From Candidatus Poribacteria bacterium (GTDB lineage Bacteria; Poribacteria; WGA-4E; PCPOR2b), in contig OZ244587.1 of the NCBI GenBank assembly GCA_965218095.1, positions 992,001-1,056,000 on the forward strand: 64,000 nt of DNA, read 5' to 3'. Shown in pieces: positions 42,254 through 51,331 of the stretch (position 1 is its first letter; every line of letters begins with the position of its first letter). The translations under genes and the position numbers were made by a program. The notes beneath the pieces were generated by a model. It searched no databases and had not been told where the DNA came from. It saw nothing but the letters and a program-made list of their open reading frames with translations.

Positions 42254-43157
42254 ATGCACGAAATCGTGTAACGTATAAAAGCGTGTTAGACAAATTGGTT
42301 CATTTTCAAGTATAGAACGCAGGAACATACGTCAAGTTACTGACACTGAGCTTATGTTAAACCTGAAATCTGGTCATTTTTATCAATGAGTGAGAGTATG
42401 CCCGTCAATGCCGATAAACCGCATCTATGGAAAAATGATGTTACAGCGTCAGTAGACCTCTACAATGATTGGTTCATGCGTTTCGCACCAAAAACGTATC
42501 GGGAGGTACGGAAAGAGACAATCGAGCGTGTACAAGAAACAATTCAATTGACGAAGGATCTCACCCTTTTGAATCCGGAGGCCTTAAAGGAGAATCCGTC
42601 AATACTTCCAACCCTGCGGATGTGCACTGCTCCACCGATAGCAAGAGATCGGTTGGTAGGATTGGCTTATGTGAGTAAACACTTGGTTCTCTCAATGGAA
42701 CAGGGGAAGATTCCACCTCGCATGAACAAAGAAAAACTAATTGAGGGGTTGTTATCCATAGCCGAAATCTTGACTAAGCTGCTCGACTACGACATCCTCC
42801 CTTGGCTCGAAAGGAAAACTGCTCCTACGGATTTGGAACAACATCGGGCGGCTACCATTGTGGCGGATCGGTTGTGTGGTACTGTTTCTGATCCGATTAT
42901 CCGTAACGCCCAAGAACAAAGACAACTCGCCTTGATTGCGGCGTATTTGAAGAAACGTAACTATACCGAGCAGCTCCACAAACTCGGACTCTCTTTCAGA
43001 GATCTACCGCCCGGCACGTTTGCTTTTCGTTTGAATGTACTAGCTGGTAGAGGTAGAACCGTCAATGTACCTATTGATGTTGTCGTTCAGCCACATGGGC
43101 ATCATTCAGGTGATTTGCCAATCTTGATTGAAGCCAAATCCGCTGGCGATTTTACTA

Positions 43158-43993
43158 GGTTCTGTTGACATTTCAAGGGAGCCATATAAGAGTGGAGACA
43201 AAGCTGAGAAATCCAAAATAACGGACAGCTAGCTTCTCAAACCGAGAGAAGATACGACGATACCATTTTATCTTGTTGATGAAACATTCAACCCGATGTC
43301 TCTCTTTGTATAAGTGTTTGTCATACGTTCTTTGGTCAACACGATGACTTTTTGGCGGTATCACCGCAATCGCTCCATTCGCCTCAATAACAGCGATAAA
43401 AGCGTCCGAATCGTACCCCTTGTCTCCAATCACATATTCACTGTTATATCCGATTATCAACCCTTCCGCCTCAGTTATGTCATGTCTCTGACCGGGGGTC
43501 AGATGAATTCTTAGCGGATTGCCTAGTCCGTCAACTGTGATGTGAATTTTTGTACTGAAACCGCCCCGAGACCGACCTAATGCTTGGTTTTCAGTGCCAC
43601 CCTTTTTTTTAAGGCGCCAGCTTTTTAAGGCGCCCGCCGCACACGGGTGAGCGCGGCAGATGGTACTGTCCACAATAAGCGACTCGATATCGGGGTCAGA
43701 GGCAAAGTGAGGGTGCATCTGTGTGAAGATACCTTTGTCGCACCATCGAGCAAACCGCTTGTAGCGGGTGTTCCATTTGCCATAGGTGTCTGGTAGAAGT
43801 CTCCATTGAGCCCCACTACGAGTCACCCACAGGACGGCTTCGACGAAGCGGCGTGTAGCAGCTTCGTCGCCAACATAGATGGTGGGACAGCTTAGAAGAA
43901 ACCGGTATATCTTATTCCATTGTTCATCAGGTAAGGTTATTGGCGTCATTCTTCTATTATGCCACAACCTTATACTCAAATGTCAACAGAACC
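43158..43993 (-). mobile_element. IS5 family (IS427-like) element, copy 2, 836 bp, intact
   Basis: Same 16-bp IRs; TA duplication (43156-57 and 43994-95); near-identical to copy 1, inverted. Confidence 0.95.
43173..43949 (-). CDS. IS5 family DDE transposase (single continuous ORF)
   Basis: VDST, GDKGYD, ERHRVECFINKIKWYRRI motifs. Confidence 0.92.
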   Translation of the reverse strand: MTPITLPDEQWNKIYRFLLSCPTIYVGDEAATRRFVEAVLWVTRSGAQWRLLPDTYGKWNTRYKRFARWCDKGIFTQMHPHFASDPDIESLIVDSTICRAHPCAAGALKSWRLKKKGGTENQALGRSRGGFSTKIHITVDGLGNPLRIHLTPGQRHDITEAEGLIIGYNSEYVIGDKGYDSDAFIAVIEANGAIAVIPPKSHRVDQRTYDKHLYKERHRVECFINKIKWYRRIFSRFEKLAVRYFGFLSFVSTLIWLP

Positions 43994-44182
43994 TAATACG
44001 AACAAGCGACGAAAAGAAGAGGCAACCAAAGTCAATCAGTTACGTGTGCGTTATGGAGAAGACCTCCAATTTATTCTATTTCTCTGTGGATATTTTGATG
44101 CTGGCTACCTAGGCTACGAAGCAGCCGAGGGAATAGATTGGATTTGGGAACATCGAATTGAGGATATGAAGCTACTTGGAAT

Positions 44183-45781
44183 ATGAAAATGAAAACACTC
44201 CAACAGATCGAATCTGACCGGCAGAGCGCACAGACAAAGCTAGATAGTCTAAAAAGTGCCTCTGAGCGCAACAAAATGGGACAATACGCTACCCCTTTCT
44301 CTCTTGCACGCGAGATTGTTGAATTTGTCAAGGATACATATTTTGCTGAAACAAATAAAATTCGTTTCTTAGATCCGGCCGCGGGTACGGGGGCTTTTTT
44401 TTCCGCACTGCTTCATGCCTTTCCGAAGACACGGATTGAAAACGCTGTTGGAATCGAACTTGACTCGCAAATCGCTTCAATCACCAAACATTTATGGAGG
44501 GAATGGGGCCTGGACGTAGTCGAAGCGGATTTCGCACAATTACCCTTTCCAGTTACCCCCATGTTCAATTTGCACCTTGTCAATCCCCCTTATGTTCGAC
44601 ATCACCACCTCGATTCGGGGACAAAGCGGCATCTCCAAGAGAAAATCAAAGTGGCGGTTGGGCTCAACCTGAACGGCCTGGCAGGACTGTACTGCTATTT
44701 TCTTTTGATAGCCCATCGGTGGTTAGCTCAGGATGGATTTGGCGTTTGGCTTATCCCTTCTGAGTTTATGGATGTGAAGTATGGAGAGGTTGTCAAACGC
44801 TATCTAATCGAACAGGTTTCCTTGCGGCATGTACATCGCTTTGATGCAGAAGATATGCAATTTGATGATGCCCTCGTTTCCTCGACCGTGCTCATTTTTC
44901 AAAAACGCAAGCCGGAGCAAGACCATGAAGTGACTTTTTCTCTCGGCGGCACGCTGAAAGCCCCAAACGTTTCTGTGCACATCCTGCAACGAGAAATTCG
45001 ACAGATCAGCAAGTGGACTTCGCTTCCAAACAAACCGATGCTCTACACCGAGAGGGATGTTCATCGGCTCAACACGACGACAACAATCGGGGACCTCTTT
45101 GAGATTCGTCGTGGGTTAGCGACAGGCGCAAACGAGTTTTTTATTTTAAATCGTGACCTCGCCAGCGGTAAAGATCTGCCGGAACAGTTCCTGCGACCAA
45201 TTCTGCCGAGTCCGAGGTACATAAATGACGATAGAGTGCACACCGCTGACGACGGCTTCCCACTTGTTCAGCCATCTTTGGTCTTGTTGGATTGTGAGCT
45301 TGATGAAAGCGAAATTGGATACTATCCGACGTTGCAGGCGTATTTGGATTGGAGTGAGTCACAAGGATTTGCCGACCGGTATATCACGCGCCATCGACAG
45401 CCATGGTTCAAACAGGAGAATCGACCGGCGGCACCCATTTTATGCAGTTATATGTCTCGTACGAAGTCAGGGAAGTCTGGGCTTCGGTTCTTCCGAAACT
45501 ATTCGAAGGCGACCGCTCCAAACGTCTATCTTATGTTGTACCCAACGCAAGCGGTACGAGACGCTTGTGAAGATGGCCTCGATCTTCTCGATGAGTTGTT
45601 CAATTTGATTAAACGTGCCAGAGATGAGTCTCTGCTTTACGAAGGACGGACGTATGGCGGAGGACTCAACAAGATCGAACCCAAAGAACTTGCGCGAGTG
45701 CCGTTACCTGACGCTCCATTACTAAAACGGATCTCCGTCAAGCCCAAACAACTTTTCTTACTTGAAAGCAAGTCACCATGA
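44183..45781 (+). CDS. N6-adenine DNA methyltransferase (XamI/Eco57I-like, gamma class)
   Basis: GQYATP, LDPAAGTG (motif I), NPPYVRH (motif IV), YGGGLNKIEPKEL. Confidence 0.92.
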   Translation: MKMKTLQQIESDRQSAQTKLDSLKSASERNKMGQYATPFSLAREIVEFVKDTYFAETNKIRFLDPAAGTGAFFSALLHAFPKTRIENAVGIELDSQIASITKHLWREWGLDVVEADFAQLPFPVTPMFNLHLVNPPYVRHHHLDSGTKRHLQEKIKVAVGLNLNGLAGLYCYFLLIAHRWLAQDGFGVWLIPSEFMDVKYGEVVKRYLIEQVSLRHVHRFDAEDMQFDDALVSSTVLIFQKRKPEQDHEVTFSLGGTLKAPNVSVHILQREIRQISKWTSLPNKPMLYTERDVHRLNTTTTIGDLFEIRRGLATGANEFFILNRDLASGKDLPEQFLRPILPSPRYINDDRVHTADDGFPLVQPSLVLLDCELDESEIGYYPTLQAYLDWSESQGFADRYITRHRQPWFKQENRPAAPILCSYMSRTKSGKSGLRFFRNYSKATAPNVYLMLYPTQAVRDACEDGLDLLDELFNLIKRARDESLLYEGRTYGGGLNKIEPKELARVPLPDAPLLKRISVKPKQLFLLESKSP

Positions 45782-46698
45782 ACACATTAAAAGCCTACCT
45801 TGAATTAATCCGCTACCCTCTTTTTGCCATTCCGATCGTTGCGACGCTGCCGGGAACGTTAATTGCGTCAGAAGGACAACTCAACTGGCGCGTGGGGGTT
45901 ACATTGTTGACGGCGCTGCTCGGCTACTTCGCGGGCATGATGAAGAATGACTACTTCCACCGTGAACAGGATGCCGTTGTGAATCCGAATCGTCCGCTCC
46001 CATCGCACCGACTCACGCCGCGGCAGGTATTGATTACCGCAAGCAGCATTTACATCATCTGCGTCATCTTGGGATTCACGCTCCACATCAAAGCAGGGCT
46101 TCTGGTGATTGCCCTCGTGATGATTTCCCATTCATACAACGCCATCTTCAAGGAACGCGGAATATCAGGAAGCATTAGCCTTCCCGTTGGCATCGGTCTG
46201 CTCAACGTGTTTGGTGCACTGGCTGTAAGCGGGCAAGTGCCACGCCTGGTCTGGTATGCGTTCGCTGCGACGACGCTCTACGATTGTGGGACGCACATTA
46301 CGACGACCTTCAAAGATATTGAACGGGATAAAAAACTCGGTATTACCACCACTCCCTTGCAATTGGGAATCAAGCCAGCCCTCGTCTGTTCTGCCGCATC
46401 GACCATACTGTCCTTTATCGTCGCCGCGTTGCCACACTGGCTCGAAGGGGTTGGCTGGCACTATACCTTATGGGTAGTCCTTGCGTTGATTGCGACGAGT
46501 GTCACCCGTCTGCCCCTTTATCTAAATCCAAACGAAAAGAACGGCTATCGCGCCCTAAAGGGATCAATGGTCGGCGCCATCACATTTTTTCCCTGCCTTA
46601 TCGGCGTTCAAATTCCGCTTTGGCAATCTATGCTTGTGATTTTGCCGCTACTGTTTGTGACGATGACCTTGCTGGAAGTGACCAAACGAGAAGTGTGA
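45778..46698 (+). CDS. UbiA family prenyltransferase
   Basis: NDYFHREQDAVVNPNRPLPS and FKDIERD Asp-rich motifs; multiple TM helices. Confidence 0.9.
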   Translation: MNTLKAYLELIRYPLFAIPIVATLPGTLIASEGQLNWRVGVTLLTALLGYFAGMMKNDYFHREQDAVVNPNRPLPSHRLTPRQVLITASSIYIICVILGFTLHIKAGLLVIALVMISHSYNAIFKERGISGSISLPVGIGLLNVFGALAVSGQVPRLVWYAFAATTLYDCGTHITTTFKDIERDKKLGITTTPLQLGIKPALVCSAASTILSFIVAALPHWLEGVGWHYTLWVVLALIATSVTRLPLYLNPNEKNGYRALKGSMVGAITFFPCLIGVQIPLWQSMLVILPLLFVTMTLLEVTKREV

Positions 46699-46701
46699 GA
46701 T

Positions 46702-46992
46702 GTGGGGAGGGGCATCACTGAGAAAAATTTGGTCTACATCAACTATGCTTCTCGTGCGAATCCTGAACTAACAGAGGAGATTTTACAAATGGTCGGAAAG
46801 AAGAGTTTATACGAAAAGCAACTTGAGCGCATTGCCAAGAGCTTCGGAACTAATCTGTTGCCCTATTTCAATCCAGAAGAATGGATGCTCGGACTAACTC
46901 CCGAAGAACTCGTGCGTGGATTGACTCCTGAAGAGCGAGAAAAATTCAAGCAACTCCTCGAAGAACCAGGGGAAGGAAGCGATCAAAAATAG
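46702..46992 (+). CDS. small protein resembling the C-terminal repeat region of Rpn-like proteins
   Basis: PEEWMLGLTPEELVRGLTPEER repeats. Confidence 0.45.
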   Translation: MGRGITEKNLVYINYASRANPELTEEILQMVGKKSLYEKQLERIAKSFGTNLLPYFNPEEWMLGLTPEELVRGLTPEEREKFKQLLEEPGEGSDQK

Positions 46993-47028
46993 TGAGTCGG
47001 ATTGCGGCGAATTTTGGGGACAGAACGA

Positions 47029-48720
47029 ATGAACGAAAGCATCGAATCGGCTGTGGATCGGAGCACAGCTTTTTTAATGCAGCAACAAAACGTGGGGGGA
47101 AATTTTGAAGGACAACTCTCCTCAAGTACCTTTCCAACCTGCGCTTACGCCTGGGTGCAGCTTGCCCAGAATCAGTTACCTGATCAAGCCCTGATTGATT
47201 GGTTGCTAAATAACCAGAACGAAGATGGAATGTGGAGGCTCGATGCCGCCAAGCAACCAAACCGAGAAGCCACGCTATTTGCAAAACTCATTTTAGATCA
47301 GGTCTGGAAACGGAAGCCCAACCCACAAATTGCCGGGGCCCTCGCGCGCATTCCTGAATATCCGTTTGAACTTGCCCTGATCAAATTATCCTACGCCGCT
47401 TTCGGTGAGTTTGATTGGAACAAGCTGACCATCCCGAAACGCATGCTCCCCGTGATGACGCTTACGAAAAAGCTACTGACGATATTTCCCTCCCTGCAAT
47501 CGCTTCTCAAGCCACCAACCAATGTCCTTCCTCCCGTTGATTTCTTCAACACACTGATGTTTGAGACGCTGTTCATTGCGGAGCAACATACGCTCGTCCC
47601 CGTTTTCATCCTGATCGAACTGAATACGACCAAACGGTTGGAAATGATCGATGCCCTGACCAATTGGCTGGCGAGTCATGTTCTCAAAGATGGCAGTTGG
47701 TTTCGTGTCAACTACATCACGGCGTTGTCGGTGCTTGCGCTAATCGAGGTTGAAAAGAGGCACGGGCCGACTGCGGAGATCAAGGCGTCCATCCGTCGCG
47801 GCGTTGAATGGCTGCAATCAACGCGAAATCCAGATGGCGGCTGTCGGGAGGCACTGAATCTCAACGTTTGGGATACAGCGTTAAGTGTGATTGCGCTTAT
47901 AGATGTTGGCGATGCAACCGCCGGGCATAATGCGGTTCAAACCGCGTGCAGGTGGCTCATTGAAAACCAGAACCCCGATGGCGGTTGGGCGTTTTCTGGG
48001 ATGGAAGGAAGCGGCGCCCTCCCGAGCGATGCCGACGACACGGCTTTATCCACGCTTGCCCTGCTGCGATCTAAAGCCCCTCATGCTGATCAAGCAATTC
48101 AGCGTGGGCTTAATTGGCTGATAGCGCATCAAGGTCTCGACGGAAGCTGTAGCACGTATCTTCCCGGTCAGGGGGATGTCGGGTGTGTGAGCATTACCGC
48201 CCACGTCATTGAAGCCTGGTGCGAAGCGACCGGTATGGAAGCGTCAATCGATCGAGCCAGTCAGTGGCTAGGAAGCCAGATCTCCAAAGAGGGGTATTGG
48301 CCGGATCTTTGGCTCGCCAAACGGACGTATGGAACAGCTTGTGCGATTATCGGTCTAATCAAGGCTGGAAAGCAAGCATCTCCGGCAATTAAGCGTGGGG
48401 TTCACTGGCTTGAAGCGGTACAAAACAGCGACGGCGGTTGGGGCGAAGATATGTTCGGCGTCCTGACCGATAGCACTGTCGAGCAAACAGGGTGGTGTAC
48501 TTATGCCCTGCTGCTTGCCGATCGTGAAAATCGCGCCGCCCAAAAGGGAGTAGAGTTCCTCCGCAGTCGCCAAAAACCGGACGGCTCGTGGGATGCCAGT
48601 TGTGTCGGTATCTATTGGGAGGTTATCGGCGGTTATGCGGATCCGATTTACGCCTCGGTTTTCCCCCTGTTTGCGCTGAATCAAGCAAGATGCATGATGC
48701 AAATGAATCTTGAATCCTGA
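47029..48720 (+). CDS. class II terpene cyclase (squalene-hopene cyclase-like)
   Basis: VWDTAL, DADDTA (DxDD catalytic motif), several QW motifs (QNPDGGW, QNSDGGWGE, QKPDGSW). Confidence 0.85.
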   Translation: MNESIESAVDRSTAFLMQQQNVGGNFEGQLSSSTFPTCAYAWVQLAQNQLPDQALIDWLLNNQNEDGMWRLDAAKQPNREATLFAKLILDQVWKRKPNPQIAGALARIPEYPFELALIKLSYAAFGEFDWNKLTIPKRMLPVMTLTKKLLTIFPSLQSLLKPPTNVLPPVDFFNTLMFETLFIAEQHTLVPVFILIELNTTKRLEMIDALTNWLASHVLKDGSWFRVNYITALSVLALIEVEKRHGPTAEIKASIRRGVEWLQSTRNPDGGCREALNLNVWDTALSVIALIDVGDATAGHNAVQTACRWLIENQNPDGGWAFSGMEGSGALPSDADDTALSTLALLRSKAPHADQAIQRGLNWLIAHQGLDGSCSTYLPGQGDVGCVSITAHVIEAWCEATGMEASIDRASQWLGSQISKEGYWPDLWLAKRTYGTACAIIGLIKAGKQASPAIKRGVHWLEAVQNSDGGWGEDMFGVLTDSTVEQTGWCTYALLLADRENRAAQKGVEFLRSRQKPDGSWDASCVGIYWEVIGGYADPIYASVFPLFALNQARCMMQMNLES

Positions 48721-48730
48721 ATCTCTGATT

Positions 48731-49402
48731 ATGATCTCCGTCATTATTCCAGTTCTCAACGAAGCCAAAATTTTAGACCAATCGCTATCTCGACTGCAAA
48801 CACAACTGCATGGACACGAGTTAATCATCGTGGATGGTGGGAGCACAGATGACACACCGTTGATTGCGAAAAAGTATGGGCAGGTCATCTTTTCTGAACG
48901 TGGAAGAGCCCGTCAGTCAAATACGGGCGCTGCTGCGGCAACGGGAGATATACTGCTTTTCCTGCATGCGGATGTGTGGCTAGACCCCGGCATAATCGAA
49001 GGCGTTGAAGGGGCGATCTCGGCAGGTTATACCGGCGGGGCATTCAAACAACGGATCGAGGGAAAGCACTTTCTATATCGCCTGATTGAACGGGGAGCGA
49101 ATCTCAGGGCGAGGCGACTGCGGGTTTTCTACGGTGACGGTGGAATTTTCATTCGCCGCGCTGATTTTTATCAGATTGGAGGCTTTCCCGATATTCCAAT
49201 TATGGAAGATATGGGATTTTCCCGAAAGCTGCGTCGGCTCGGCAAGACAACGCTTGTTGAACCAGGGATTCACATCTCTCCCCGCCGCTGGCAGAAGAAC
49301 GGCATCGTCCGCACGACACTCACCAATTGGTTCATCACTGCCCTCTATTTCTTGGGAATTTCTCCACATCAACTGGCCAGGTTGTACCGACAAATTCGGT
49401 AG
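48731..49402 (+). CDS. GT2 glycosyltransferase (TIGR04283-like)
   Basis: ISVIIPVLNEA, VDGGSTD, GRARQ.N.GA, LFLHAD, YGD..IF, MED, SPRRW. Confidence 0.88.
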   Translation: MISVIIPVLNEAKILDQSLSRLQTQLHGHELIIVDGGSTDDTPLIAKKYGQVIFSERGRARQSNTGAAAATGDILLFLHADVWLDPGIIEGVEGAISAGYTGGAFKQRIEGKHFLYRLIERGANLRARRLRVFYGDGGIFIRRADFYQIGGFPDIPIMEDMGFSRKLRRLGKTTLVEPGIHISPRRWQKNGIVRTTLTNWFITALYFLGISPHQLARLYRQIR

Positions 49403-49489
49403 ATTAGGGCGTAGAACTTCGGAACAAGTACATACCTACACGCAACACGTTTTACGTTTCACGCACTACATCACACTTTGGAGCATTCT

Positions 49490-49782
49490 ATGCCAGTACC
49501 AATTACCCTCATAATTAATGATAGTTGTCCACTGATCCACGTTTACGATTAAATTGCGGATCTGATCATCACGCGAGATGGACGTGGGGACAAGATTCGC
49601 GAAGTGTTAGACACCAGCGGCTGGCCCATCCTGCTGACCCATTGGCAATCGCTTTTCTTAAACAGTTTGGAGACGGGATTAGTTGTGCTTGATGAAGTCG
49701 GGGTGCGGGCCAGTACGGGATTAGCAAATGAGATTGAATGGAAAACTTGCTCAGAGATTGCGCGTCTGACTATAGAAAGTTA
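49490..49782 (+). pseudogene. internally deleted gene remnant (5' stub fused to 3' end)
   Basis: MPVPITLIINDSCPLIHVY, then ...GWPILLTHWQSLF...LDEVG...EWKTCSEIARL* with frameshifts. Confidence 0.4.
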
Positions 49783-49985
49783 AGTCTCTGCATGCCCAAA
49801 AATTAAAGGGCAGCCAGATTGAATCCAGCCGCCCCAATCGTGAGTGAGGTGAGAGGTTCTACGCCTCCGCTCACTAGACATCTACCCCCAAAACAGTCGC
49901 AGGAAATCCCTGATACTGGGATAGGTCTCCTGCGACTTTTTTCTGAAAACTGTATTGGTCAGGAAGATGGTAGACATTATCTCCC

Positions 49986-50010
49986 GTAGGGTGGGCACCG
50001 CCCACCCTAC
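49986..50010 (+). repeat. GTAG-type REP palindrome
   Basis: GTAGGGTGGGC-ACC-GCCCACCCTAC, perfect 11-bp stem. Confidence 0.75.
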
Positions 50011-50085
50011 AATTTGCGGCTTGGATTTGGCGAGCAAAAGTGTCGATCATCCTATTGACCATTACACTTTTTTCTGAAAAAAAGC

Positions 50086-50112
50086 GAACCTTTTCCGAGA
50101 TAGCTTGTCTAA
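50086..50112 (+). promoter_or_regulatory. putative sigmaE-type autoregulatory promoter
   Basis: GAACCT...GTCTAA with RpoE-like spacing, just upstream of the ECF sigma gene. Confidence 0.5.
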
Positions 50113-50121
50113 CGGATCAGT

Positions 50122-50757
50122 ATGGAAACACAACAGTCTGTTTTAGTTGCTATGAGAAATCTACCCATTGCCGATCTCACTTCTGAAAACCTTGAAGAAA
50201 CTAGCAACCAACAGGAACAAGATCTGGTTAAACGTTGCCAGGAAGGGGATTCACAGGCACTAGAACAGATTGTGCGGCAGTATCAGGATGGGGTCTACAA
50301 TATTGCCTATCGAATACTCGGTAGCCACGAAGATGCACAAGATCTCGCACAAGACGTTTTTTTAACCGTCTGGGAAAAAATCGGGCAATTCAAGTTCAAG
50401 TCCCGTTTCTCAACATGGCTTTATCGCATCGTGACGAACCTGTGCATCAATGAGAAAAATCGCCAGCGACGGCGGCAAACCGTTCCAATGGAAATCGATG
50501 ATTCCCAGGCATGGACACCCATCAATCCCACGACACCGGAAAAAGAGGTCTTGCTGGCAGAACAGCAAGAGATACTGCAAGTTGCCCTTGCACAACTCAA
50601 GGATAAATATCGAACGATTCTGATTCTCCGGGAGATGGAAAATCTGTCTTACGATGAATTATCGAAAGTGTTAAGGTGCTCTATTGGACGTGTCAAATCA
50701 CGCCTGCACGAGGCAAGAATGGCGCTCAGAAAAATTTTGCAACAGAAAGATCAATGA
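50122..50757 (+). CDS. ECF RNA polymerase sigma factor (RpoE/SigW-like)
   Basis: DAQDLAQDVF, FSTWLYRI, LSYDEL...GRVKSRLHEAR. Confidence 0.93.
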   Translation: METQQSVLVAMRNLPIADLTSENLEETSNQQEQDLVKRCQEGDSQALEQIVRQYQDGVYNIAYRILGSHEDAQDLAQDVFLTVWEKIGQFKFKSRFSTWLYRIVTNLCINEKNRQRRRQTVPMEIDDSQAWTPINPTTPEKEVLLAEQQEILQVALAQLKDKYRTILILREMENLSYDELSKVLRCSIGRVKSRLHEARMALRKILQQKDQ

Positions 50758-50766
50758 GTGATTGCT

Positions 50767-51324
50767 ATGCAACACAGTCAGATCCAAAAACAGTTGTCTG
50801 CATATTTAGATGAGGCGTTAAGTCCACAGGAATGCGAAGGGATCGAACTTCATTTACAAACTTGTAATGAATGTACCGAAATCCTTTCAGATCTCAGACA
50901 GAATCGCCAATGGATTGCAGAACTACGACAGCCGGCGCCCACAGGGCTCTGGGAAGCTGTCCAAGCACAGATGGCGAATCCGAATCAACGGCAAGCCATA
51001 CGTAAATTTCGCCTCGATTTCGGTTACATCTGGCGTCAATGGATTTTTCGTCCGGTTCCTGTAGGGATTAGCGCGTTAGTCACGGTGTGTCTGGTCCTGG
51101 CACTGGTGTACCTCAATCCAACACAGAATCCATCCGAGGATTCGCTTGATTTTTATCTGATGGTTCACACGGAATATGTAGCCCACAATCCACTGACATC
51201 AAATACTGTCGTTGATTCGTTTGTCATTGTGGAGGAATCCGAAGCGGAAAGCCCTGACGCTGCTTTTCCTGATGACACGCAGACTGTTCTTGATACTTAC
51301 TTAGATGCCTATTTCGGAGATTAA
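50767..51324 (+). CDS. zinc-finger (ZAS) anti-sigma factor
   Basis: LSAYLD...HLQTCNEC (HxxxCxxC), one TM helix. Confidence 0.88.
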   Translation: MQHSQIQKQLSAYLDEALSPQECEGIELHLQTCNECTEILSDLRQNRQWIAELRQPAPTGLWEAVQAQMANPNQRQAIRKFRLDFGYIWRQWIFRPVPVGISALVTVCLVLALVYLNPTQNPSEDSLDFYLMVHTEYVAHNPLTSNTVVDSFVIVEESEAESPDAAFPDDTQTVLDTYLDAYFGD

Positions 51325-51331
51325 ACGTGCG

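Larger units (their letters stand above)
42386..44186 (+). pseudogene. XamI-family type II restriction endonuclease interrupted by IS5 copy 2
   Basis: Rejoined frame gives IEAKSAGDFT|NTNKRRKEEA...LCGYFDAGYLGYEAAEGIDWIWEHR, the XamI-family signature. Confidence 0.85.

Noticed and set aside
40918-43157. Fixed inversion between the two IS copies
   Set aside because: Both interrupted genes rejoin in frame across their own IS with matching TA duplications
47029-48720. Assigning gene symbol shc (hopanoid synthesis)
   Set aside because: Shorter and divergent in the N-terminal half compared with canonical SHC, and no hpn genes nearby; substrate uncertain
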